Assembly: GCA_965644495.1 (NCBI GenBank)
Contig: CBFFSA010000010.1
Location: 124,001 to 188,000 of the forward strand
Origin: Perkinsela sp. CCAP 1560/9
Lineage: Eukaryota > Protista > Euglenozoa: Kinetoplastea
DNA: 64,000 bases
Direction: 5' to 3'
This document shows, piece by piece, positions 9,906 through 19,127 of the stretch (positions are counted from its first letter, which is position 1; each line of letters opens with the position of its first letter). The position numbers and the translations under genes are program-made. The notes under the pieces were generated by a model. The model was not told the DNA's origin. It saw nothing but the letters and a program-made list of their open reading frames with translations, and searched no databases.

Positions 9906-10631
9906 TTTTTTTTTTTTTTTTTTTTTCATTGTACACCCTCTCACCGCTCTTACAGACGTAGTCAATGTGCTTCTTTCTGGAAAACTCGTTCCTTCTCCTC
10001 ATTTTTCCTTCCCCCCTTCTCTCGCTTCTTTGAGGGACATACATTTTAATTTCGTCTGTTTTAGAAAATAGGATAAACTAAACTCTTCAATTCTTGCAGA
10101 AGTGTAACTCATTAAATATTAGACTCATTCCATGTGCTATACGTTCTTCTATTTTCTTCTAATGGGCAAACTAGATGAGGGCTAAGTATGGTTTGCTTTG
10201 AAAATACGGCTAGGATTACAATGAGTTACACATAATTATCCATCGTTTACTTCCATACATGTATGAATACGGTGCATTAAAACGATTTCACATTTTTACA
10301 TGTATTACTCAAAGAGTTCCTGCAATACTAAATATTATAAATAAATGTTATAAATAAAATAATACGGGCATTTTCTAAAATTTTCATCATGGGCTGAAAA
10401 GGGACTACATGTTTTCGTACGTCCCACTTGGGGATTAGCATCCCACACGGGGACATACATTTTAATTTCGTCTGTTTTAGAAAATAGGATAAACTAAACT
10501 CTTCAATTCTTGCAGAAGTGTAACTCATTAAATATTAGACTCATTCCATGTGCTATACGTTCTTCTATTTTCTTCTAATGGGCAAACTAGATGAGGGCTA
10601 AGTATGGTTTGCTTTGAAAATACGGAATTCC

Positions 10632-13157
10632 CTACGGGCGCCGTAGGCTCTCAATATAAGTACCGATGGAGGGCAGTGGTGTCAAGTCTTCAGCGCTGGA
10701 TTTTCTCGTGAAGGGATCTGCTATTTGGGCGTTGGTAGGTACCCACTTTACTTCCAGGTTAGTGTTTGATGGGATGTACTGCATCCACCTATTGGCAGTG
10801 AAGTTAGTGCTTGCCCGCCTCTGGAGGGCCATGGCCACAGGCGCGTTGTCGACGTTCAATAGAATGTCCCGATGTCCTTTTCTGACTGCTGCCATAATTC
10901 CACCAAGAGCCGCACTCAGCTCTGAGTAGAATATATGGGCTCCGGGCTTTGTCATGCCCTGTTTTGCAGTTTCGAGAATGCCTTGATTGAACAACAGAAT
11001 AGCCCATGCGATTGAACTGGCATCAGTCCAAACTTCCACCTTTTCTTCTTTGGGTATATGACCTATCTTTTTTAACCAAACATTTCGCTTGAGTGCGGAA
11101 AATGCATCAGTCAGTTCGCCTAACAGGTGGTCGGTCGGAGAGAAGGAGATCTCCCAAGACTTTTCGTCGTGCACTTTTCTGGCAACTTTTCCTAGTGTTT
11201 GAAGAAGGTGTGCAAAAGTGCATAGTGGGATTTTCATAACCGTGGCCCTCCACATTAGTAAACCAGAAAGCGTATACAGTTCCACAGCTGTCCACGTCCC
11301 ATTCCCGATTATGTCATTGTATCTTGAATACGCCTTTTCAGTCCACTTTTCTGACATGCGGTACTTCTTATTTTTTAGATCAAATTCAATACCAAGTACG
11401 CACGCTTGCTGTAGTGGCTTCATGGTGAGATCATCTACTTCTAGTTGAACTGCGTGGACTCGGGCGCGAAATTCTTTTGCATGGTTTTCTACTTCTGACT
11501 TGGATTTTCCGAACAAAAGAAAATTGTCTACCCAGGCCAATCCAATGTCCCGGACAATGCGATTTGAAACTCGCTGTGCAATAGCCGGGGCCCATGACCA
11601 TCCCATGGGCATGGAAGAAAATTGAATACTGCATGTTTCTCCTCTAGCGTGACCTAAAACCGCTCCAAAGTAGGATCGGATCTCGGGAGCGAGGGAGAAT
11701 TGGTAAAAGTAACTCCGTGCGTCCGCGTGAGCCATCCATTCCGAATCTAGCAGATTTTCAATCACGTTATGTATGGATGGTAGGTGCATTGCGGGGGGGC
11801 ATTCGAAAACTCGGTTGAGTTTCCTACAATCGCAGATTAGACGAAGTGTGGAGTCTTTCTTCGGAACTGTAAAGGTACGATGTACTACTATCGGTCCTTC
11901 GGTCTTCTCTACAACCCCCATGCGTAATAAGTCTGGTAAATGATGTCTCATAAATCGAGACACTGGTCGATTGCCTTTAGGTGCACGCAGCATGTGCGCG
12001 TGAAAGGCGTTGACGTTCTGTAGTAGATGTAAAAAGTCTAGGCTGCCATCGTCATTCATATTGTTCAGTATAGAATATGACAGTCTTGTGGTTGTGATAG
12101 GAGCTATTATTCCCTGATTTTTGTACGCTCGCACGCTCGGTGGTCGGGTGAGCTGCCCGCGAGACATAGACTGATTGTTTGTGTCTTCAATTTTCTTCGT
12201 TGCAATGTTAGCAATGTCCGTTGAATTATGCACGTAGATAGGTTCGGGATTCGGTTCGCCTATAATGTTATCGCTGTCTAGCGTGATCTTACCGATGTGC
12301 AAGGGGAACCTACCTTGTAATTGACGTTTTAGTATGTAAACCGCTGATTTAGTTTTCTTGTCATGTCCTTTGGTGTTTTCTGGGTTCACAGTAATTTTGT
12401 CGCGTCCTGTAGCCCTAGGGACAAGGCCACTTCCAGTCGAGGGAGATATATCCACAATGTCTCCAGATCTTTGTGCTTGGCCAACAGCTGTATTACCGAC
12501 AGTGGAACTCCCTCTCTGAGGAGTGATACTAGAGCCCCTCTTTTTACAGAATGTGCCGACAACTCTACTTTCACCCGCTTCAGCACGGCATTGGCTCTCA
12601 GCGTCGATAAAGTCGTGAACTTGTCTTCTGGCTTCAGCTTGTCCAATTGGTCCATGAAGATTTTCCACTCCGTCAAGTTGCAAGTCATTGGAATAGCAGT
12701 CCCTACTCTGAAGGGATCCCCTTTGTGAGTCGGAAACGTTACTCCCAGTATTCTCCGCTCGAGATCTACCACTTGTAAATCTAATTTCCTCAGATGTTTG
12801 ACATCGTCTATTCTGCTGCATGTCTTCCACGCCAAGGTCAGGCCCGCGGCTTCGTCCGGAAGCAGCCATTCGCACGCCTCCAATACTTGTTCGCGTGTAG
12901 CCGGGGGCGCCTGATGCTCCGGTATTTGAGCCCCTTGACGCTGAAGGGATCGCATATAGGCTGTTACTGTCGACTTTTGCAATTGACCCCCAGATCGGAA
13001 TATGATTTGTATCAGACTCTTTGCATACGTATGTGCGGTTTGGATGCTGATGGTACCCCGTTGAGTTTGCGGATTGATTAGTCTCATTTTCGACTCCAAG
13101 AAGCATATTATGCACCAATCTTCGCTTGGAACGTCGTTTCCGAGATTTTCCTTCCAA
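10632..13157 (-). CDS. Reverse transcriptase / RNase H of the YR retrotransposon (true start uncertain; 5' part overlaps YR)
   Basis: LRLICDCRKLN, DARSYFYQF, MPMGWSWAP, WVDN. RNase H TDAS..SEL..VDN..ADPFTR. Confidence 0.92.
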   Translation of the reverse strand: MEGKSRKRRSKRRLVHNMLLGVENETNQSANSTGYHQHPNRTYVCKESDTNHIPIWGSIAKVDSNSLYAIPSASRGSNTGASGAPGYTRTSIGGVRMAASGRSRGPDLGVEDMQQNRRCQTSEEIRFTSGRSRAENTGSNVSDSQRGSLQSRDCYSNDLQLDGVENLHGPIGQAEARRQVHDFIDAESQCRAEAGESRVVGTFCKKRGSSITPQRGSSTVGNTAVGQAQRSGDIVDISPSTGSGLVPRATGRDKITVNPENTKGHDKKTKSAVYILKRQLQGRFPLHIGKITLDSDNIIGEPNPEPIYVHNSTDIANIATKKIEDTNNQSMSRGQLTRPPSVRAYKNQGIIAPITTTRLSYSILNNMNDDGSLDFLHLLQNVNAFHAHMLRAPKGNRPVSRFMRHHLPDLLRMGVVEKTEGPIVVHRTFTVPKKDSTLRLICDCRKLNRVFECPPAMHLPSIHNVIENLLDSEWMAHADARSYFYQFSLAPEIRSYFGAVLGHARGETCSIQFSSMPMGWSWAPAIAQRVSNRIVRDIGLAWVDNFLLFGKSKSEVENHAKEFRARVHAVQLEVDDLTMKPLQQACVLGIEFDLKNKKYRMSEKWTEKAYSRYNDIIGNGTWTAVELYTLSGLLMWRATVMKIPLCTFAHLLQTLGKVARKVHDEKSWEISFSPTDHLLGELTDAFSALKRNVWLKKIGHIPKEEKVEVWTDASSIAWAILLFNQGILETAKQGMTKPGAHIFYSELSAALGGIMAAVRKGHRDILLNVDNAPVAMALQRRASTNFTANRWMQYIPSNTNLEVKWVPTNAQIADPFTRKSSAEDLTPLPSIGTYIESLRRP

Positions 13158-13534
13158 ACTGTATACTGTTTGTACACGCTGGAAAGGTGATTCCAGCGCG
13201 AGTTGGATTTCTCTTCTAATAGACGATCCTGGCCTAGAACGATCATTTGTTGAACGTCGACTGTAGGAATCGCGGCTCTTGTTTCTCTGTTGCCTTCCAC
13301 GCGGTCGAGGAAGAGGTCTTCGATCTCCAGTAAGTTCTTTGCTCTTGATCTTGTTACTATCCCTGTAACAGCCCTGTTGCTCGTGGAAGGTTGCTTGTAC
13401 TGAGTACTTCGGACATGACTGGTAGTGCCGGCGCCGGTTGTGGTTTCCGTTTGATTTCCGTATGTTTCGTTTCCCTCTTCTTGAAATTGATTTTTTATGC
13501 CCCTTAATAAATATATTTCCAGAATATTCTTCAC
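12386..13534 (-). CDS. Tyrosine recombinase (true start uncertain)
   Basis: Catalytic residues in order: R (CSRIDD), K (HKGDP), HSVKRG, H (AKHKD), Y (WIYL). Confidence 0.9.
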   Translation of the reverse strand: MKNILEIYLLRGIKNQFQEEGNETYGNQTETTTGAGTTSHVRSTQYKQPSTSNRAVTGIVTRSRAKNLLEIEDLFLDRVEGNRETRAAIPTVDVQQMIVLGQDRLLEEKSNSRWNHLSSVYKQYTVWKENLGNDVPSEDWCIICFLESKMRLINPQTQRGTISIQTAHTYAKSLIQIIFRSGGQLQKSTVTAYMRSLQRQGAQIPEHQAPPATREQVLEACEWLLPDEAAGLTLAWKTCSRIDDVKHLRKLDLQVVDLERRILGVTFPTHKGDPFRVGTAIPMTCNLTEWKIFMDQLDKLKPEDKFTTLSTLRANAVLKRVKVELSAHSVKRGALVSLLREGVPLSVIQLLAKHKDLETLWIYLPRLEVALSLGLQDATKLL

Positions 13535-13630
13535 TGTAAAGATTATTGCCCCTAATGTTGATAGTTCTATTATATTGCCCCTTATATAATCTATTGTTTC
13601 TTGGACTAAATTTCTGTTGAATTCTTCGAG

Positions 13631-14386
13631 TCAGAATTTTTTCCCTTGCGGTTTTGTCATCGGGCCCGCGTTTCGCCCTGTTCGGTCGTTTTTTGTATCC
13701 ATGGCTTTGATCATTGCAGGTAGAATTTTTCCCCGCAGTCCCCCGGTCGTTTTTGCTTCTTCAAGAGCCTGTGCGAAGACGCGGCAGTCCCCATGTTGAA
13801 AGCGAACTTTGTAAGCAACCAACGCCGCCAATATGTTGTCCCCGACCGCCATGTTCCCGTCTGATTTCCATACAAGTCCCATTTTCATTGAGTTTCGCAC
13901 CCAAGCCAAAAATGCTAGCAACAAATCGTTCTTCCGATGCTCGTCTTGGTGATAGCGTGGGGCATTGCGTTCGGCAGCTCCAATAGCAAAGTAGCGACGC
14001 AAATGAGCGTCCAATTCCACAAAACTACGATCTCGCGTCTCCGAGGGTGCCTCGATGAACATCGCGTACGTAGATAATTCAAGCGGTTCGAACGTTCCAG
14101 TCTCTCGGCCTTCAACACGCTCCATCGCAGCGGAGTAAGGGTCAGTGGCGAGTTTTTCCACCCCATGTAATCGAGCATTCGTCGGAGGAAACGTAAGCTC
14201 GCCAAATTTCGCATAGTCCACCAACATAGTTGTTTTCTCTTCGCCAATCTTCTTCACCACTCCCTTCCACATTTCTCCACGTGGCACTTTGTCTGAGGAC
14301 CATAAAACCGCGATAGTGTCGCCAACCTGACTCTCGGCCACAAACCGTCCAATGCGAGAGTCAGATAGTGGGGGGAGGTCATTCAT
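13631..14386 (-). CDS. Gag-like ORF1 of the YR retrotransposon
   Basis: First ORF inside the split repeats, upstream of YR; loosely similar to fragment 32172-32789. Confidence 0.65.
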   Translation of the reverse strand: MNDLPPLSDSRIGRFVAESQVGDTIAVLWSSDKVPRGEMWKGVVKKIGEEKTTMLVDYAKFGELTFPPTNARLHGVEKLATDPYSAAMERVEGRETGTFEPLELSTYAMFIEAPSETRDRSFVELDAHLRRYFAIGAAERNAPRYHQDEHRKNDLLLAFLAWVRNSMKMGLVWKSDGNMAVGDNILAALVAYKVRFQHGDCRVFAQALEEAKTTGGLRGKILPAMIKAMDTKNDRTGRNAGPMTKPQGKKF

Positions 14387-15405
14387 TGGGGTAGGGGGGA
14401 CCTTCGATGAGTACTCATCGAAAGTCTACAACTTTCCGTGAGTCTCATCGAGAGTCTACAACTTTCGATGAGTACTCATCGAAGCGTTTTTGAGCGACCC
14501 TAATAGAGATTTTCGAGGTTTTTTTATTACTCACCGAAGCGTTTGTGGCAAACAAACTGAAGCGTTTGTATAAAACAAATTCACAATCCTTCGGAAGGGG
14601 TAGACACAGGTTCCCAGTGCGCTACCCGCATGCTGGAGCGCGCGGGGCGCCAAAAGATATTATTATGTCCCATGGTCAAAAGAGAATCCGAACTCCTATT
14701 AATCGATAATAGAAGCTAAGTCAGTCTGCATAATCTACAAAAAGAAAACATATGATCTACTCATAGTCTGATGGCCATCAACGTAACGGAAACATGATAC
14801 CTACGTTAAAACCGGCAAAATAGCTGAAGAAACCGTCTTACAAAAAACAACAGGGCTACGCTCACAGTTGGGCCTTGCCTCTGGACAATCCTGCGGAGGG
14901 GGTAGACGGGTTGGGGGTACGTTCGTTGAGTTCTCAACGAACGGAAATTTACGGTGGAAGTCAAGGACTTTTGTGGAACACCCAAGATTTTTTTTTGATT
15001 TTACTTTTCCGTGCGTTCAGTATCCTACACTTCACTACTTTGAGTGATAGCCTCCCCCAAAGCTACCTCGGCTTACTCCGGGGAGGCAACATCCCCAATG
15101 GGATAGAAAGCCTAACAACATTCAACATTCAACACTTCACTACATACGTTGACAACGCCTCCGTAGCGAAAACTACGAAATTCAGTGAGCTTCGCAAATT
15201 GCTTCCCACTAACGACGCACAGGGGAATCCTACGCGGGGTACGGCTCAGGCCCGCTCACGCGGGCCCTCGCCGTTTCGCGGCCGCGCGCACCCCCGCTCA
15301 CGCGGGGGCCCCCGCGCGGCCAAAATGGGTACTAAAATTTGTTATCAAGGTAGTTGAGCTTCGCAAATTGCTTCCCACGAATCTAGAGAGAAGCACACGT
15401 ACAAT

Positions 15406-15444
15406 AATCTTTAACGATAAAGATACAGTTTCTGTACCTTGTTG
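15406..15444 (+). other. Complete 39-nt SL-like exon followed by an AT-rich UTR and ATG
   Basis: AATCTTTAACGATAAAGATACAGTTTCTGTACCTTGTTG then ATTATTTACTTTTCTTTACCTTTC-ATG. Confidence 0.85.
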
Positions 15445-15746
15445 ATTATTTACTTTTCTTTACCTTTCATGGGAGAATTGCCCTCCGGGTGAGCCCCTGC
15501 ACAACATAAAGAAACTATAAAATATATTGTACGAAAAGGTGAACTTCAGTCTACATAATGTATATTGATAATTTGTTTTAACGGTATCCTATGTACATCT
15601 CTGCACTCTTTTATTTTACAATTGAATTTGAAACTATCCGTAGAAACCAATTTGAACAAACTAATAATACTATAACATTCACTCACCGAGAGATGCATTG
15701 TCTCTCCCTGTCGCGAACGGGTGTCCACGCGGGGACCACCCTTTCG

Positions 15747-16200
15747 CTAGTCACAAATTTTCCCTTTCGCACTGCTCTGGACCTGTTGTCGACTGATTGG
15801 ATCTGCGGGATTCAATTTTGATGAAATGTATTCCGGCTGTACGGTAATTCCCTGCTTTCTTAAGAATTGCAGCAATGGCTTCAGTTCAAAATGAATTCCG
15901 TCTGAGTTTGTTGATTTCTTTTTAATTGATGCTAAACACGATGTGTTATCGATGAAAAGGTCCACACAAGTTCCTCGGTGGAAGTGATGTACCAAACGCT
16001 CGAAAGCGAGACGAACGGCCCTCGTCTCTGCTTTGTTCACTTCGTACGCGAAGTTCTCCTCCCAGCGATCCCCCACACAAACTACTTGCCCGTAGTCGAG
16101 GTACAATATTGCTCCCCATCCCGTCGACGAAGCATCCGTGTATAAGGTGTGGCGGTGTGGAACTGTATCCGGATGAGGAGGGGGTGTTACTGGATTATTT
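15747..16200 (-). pseudogene. RNase H fragment of a VIPER/DIRS-like element
   Basis: YTDAS..GWG..VNKAETRAV..FIDNTS..NPADPISR. Confidence 0.85.
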
Positions 16201-17218
16201 AAGCATATCTTATTAATAGAACCGGTGCCACATCCTTCGCCAGCAAAAGCTTTTCACACACTCTTGATTTCATTATGCTCATTTCCGAGCTTCCCATCGG
16301 ATTCTCTGGCACGATCGATGGACTACGCGTTTCGCGTGGTGATAGAGTTCTCTCGCGGCGACTGAGGAATAGGAAAAAATTTTCGTACTAATTGATGTAC
16401 GATTAAACTCTGACAATTTAACTAAGTAAAAATCATAATATGAGAATATCATGTGCCCCGTGGGGCCACCCCCCCACCCTACAGGAAACTCGATATCCTT
16501 CGAACAATTCTATTCGTAGACTTCTAGTGTTCACACGCACCCAAGCAAAAGAATCAGGAGTAGTCCTGAGATTTTGCCGCTCCCTCCTGCCCGCCGGAAA
16601 AAGAAGGCCGTGATGCCAACTCCTCCTCCGCCCGCCGTGCCAATATCCACCACCTCCGCATGGAGCGCACGGGTCGCCAAAAAATATTATGTCCCAGGGC
16701 TACGCTCACAGTTGGCCCTTCGCAAAAAAAATGATAAAATACGAAAAATTGAAAAAGTCAAAAACACCTTCGATGAGTACTCATCGAAAGTCTACAACTT
16801 TCCGTGAGACTCATCGAAAGTCTACAACTTACGATGAGTACTCATCGAAGGTCCCCCCTAGCCATTCATTGTGCGTTTTTTGCTTTGAAAATACGGCTAG
16901 GATTACAATGAGTTACACATAATTATCCATCGTTTACTTCCATACATGTATGAATACGGTGCATTAAAACGATTTCACATTTTTACATGTATTACTCAAA
17001 GAGTTCCTGCAATACTAAATATTATAAATAAATGTTATAAATAAAATAATACGGGCATTTTCTAAAATTTTCATCATGGGCTGAAAAGGGACTACATGTT
17101 TTCGTACGTCCCACTTGGGGATTAGCATCCCACACGGAGAAAACTACAACCGCACATCTCTAACTATATATTAAAAAACGAGTGTAAGAAATCCATTCTA
17201 AAGAAATTAAAGCTAAAT

Positions 17219-18901
17219 CTAGAAGCCATAAGTATCCTCCTCTGTACGGGGCTCCAAGAACCGACGCAACTGGCAGTTTAACACTGCCCCATTCAATTCT
17301 TGCAAATGCAGCGCAAAGTCTCGTTCCACCGCCTGCGGATTCATGGACGATTTCTCGGCCAAAATGTGTAGTAGCTCTCTTGTGTTGGCGTGAAGTGATC
17401 CGCTTGCAAGGATGGGTAAGCACCGAAAGTCGTCCTCTCTTAATATTTTGGTCGCCACGTACTTGGTGCGTTTCCTCGTGATCGCGTCTTGGAGTGCTTT
17501 TGCTGGCTTGGTACCGAGAATGGAAGGAGCGAGCTCGTGTACGACTGTAAGGTCATAAAAGATCTCCCCTGTGGCCCAATATACTACCAAATCGGGGCCC
17601 GATCGATGCAACGCGCTGCCTTTGCACGCTGTTGCATGCTCCCTCTTTCGCTCTTCGGAAATTACCTCCGAGCACCCGAGGCACGTGTACGATGAAAACT
17701 GACGGGGCTCCCGCTCGCATGGGATACCGGCCTTCATGCAAAGGTCGTAGATGTAACGAATCACACAATTGTGCTTCGTAGTCGAATTCGTTCCGGTGCA
17801 CCTGACGCATCCCGGCACGTGGGTGAGAGCGGTCTCGCCGTTGATTTCCGTTTTGCAGCCCGGGCAGAGAAAGGATGAAGGGAGCTCCGGGTGACAGATA
17901 CCGAGCCTCGGCATCACTGCTAGGGTGTATTGTCGCGTCGGTATAAATCGTTCGGTCGCGTGCAGCCACGAGTAGCTTCCTTTCCGAGTAGTTGCCTGCA
18001 TTATCTGCGCAGTTTTCTTGGTTTCACACAGACGCGTTTTTATCGCCTTGTGTACTGCTTTCTCCGCAGACTCTTCTTCCGGTACAGCGGCCACTGTTGA
18101 GGCATCGCACGTCGCGACTTGAGCTGAAAACTTTTTTTGCTGCTCTAAAGCTGCGTGTTGCGAAGCCTCATATGCGGCCACTCGGATAGAGTCCGTTGAA
18201 GACAGGCCCAAACCACCCATCGACAGCGGCAAACGAGCCCACTCGACTTGATCGGATGTCAAAGGACCAAGCCATGCTTTCAGAACGTCTTCTACCTCTG
18301 AGTCAAATTCCTTCGCCATCTCTCCAGATGCCTCCGGCGCGTGCGTTCGAATCTGGTATCTTTGTCTCACATTGACGCATTTCGACAGGATGAGGCACGA
18401 GACATTATTTGCTCCCATTCTCCGCAATCTTCTAAAAATTGTTTTATGCTTACGAAGATTCCTTAAAAGAAGATTGCTGACCCGTTCATTTTCTCCGATG
18501 TATGCCCCTAGTGCTTTCAGGGCATCTGACTCAGAATTCACCCCGGCCATCTTTAGAGTCTCTGGAATTTCTCTACCTTCTCTCCCGCCAAACCACACAC
18601 ATTTTCTGTTAGCGAGTTGTACATCTCTCTCGCCCAAAAGGTCCCACAGTCTATAGAACGCTTTCGTCAAAAGATCCGCGTCGTCGGACACCAGATTTAT
18701 GTCATCGATATAGGCAAAAATTTTCAGCGTTGGGTATTCAAGAGCCAATGTTGCGAGCATTGGCTGCATGAAGGTGCAGAAAAGAAAGCTGGAAAGCGGC
18801 GACCCCTGCCGCACACCTCGAGAACTACTAACCGTGCCGTGTAGCGTACCATCTTTCCCGTAGAACAACAGTTCAGATTTTTTTTGACTCGTATATTTCA
18901 A
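17219..18901 (-). pseudogene. 5'-truncated CRE/CZAR-like RT-RLE ORF (second family)
   Basis: GVRQGSPLSSFLF, AYIDD, LPLSMGGLGL, CPGC..HVPGC, KHN, GPDLVV..YDLTVV. Confidence 0.88.
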
Positions 18902-19127
18902 ACTTTAGTTATGCCAGTTATTTCCTATGGTTGTAGCACGTGGAAGATCTCGACCTCCGATTTACTGAAAATGGACACTGAAATTTCTAAAATGAGACGA
19001 ATAGTGTGCTGCGTACATAAATCCTGGGACGGTCAACGACGAGTATATTTGTTTTTTTTTTAAAAATATCTTTTTTTCCACCTCAAACGTTCAAGACTGA
19101 AAAATTCTTTCTTCTAAAATATATTCT

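Larger units (their letters stand above)
14394..16858. mobile_element. Non-autonomous TIR DNA transposon with palindrome arrays, TA target duplication, carrying cargo
   Basis: TA-GGGGGGACCTTCGATGAGTACTCATCG...CGATGAGTACTCATCGAAGGTCCCCCC-TA. Three ~31-bp units at each end. Confidence 0.8.
10034..17137 (-). mobile_element. Tyrosine-recombinase retrotransposon (DIRS/VIPER/TATE-like) with split direct repeats, interrupted by a DNA transposon
   Basis: A1 16879-17137 = A2 10192-10450; B1 10450-10625 = B2 10034-10209. Encloses gag, YR and RT/RNase H ORFs. Confidence 0.9.

Noticed and set aside
14403-14484. Palindromic repeats resembling a CRISPR array
   Set aside because: Spacers are identical and short, there are no cas genes, and the context is eukaryotic; these are transposon termini.
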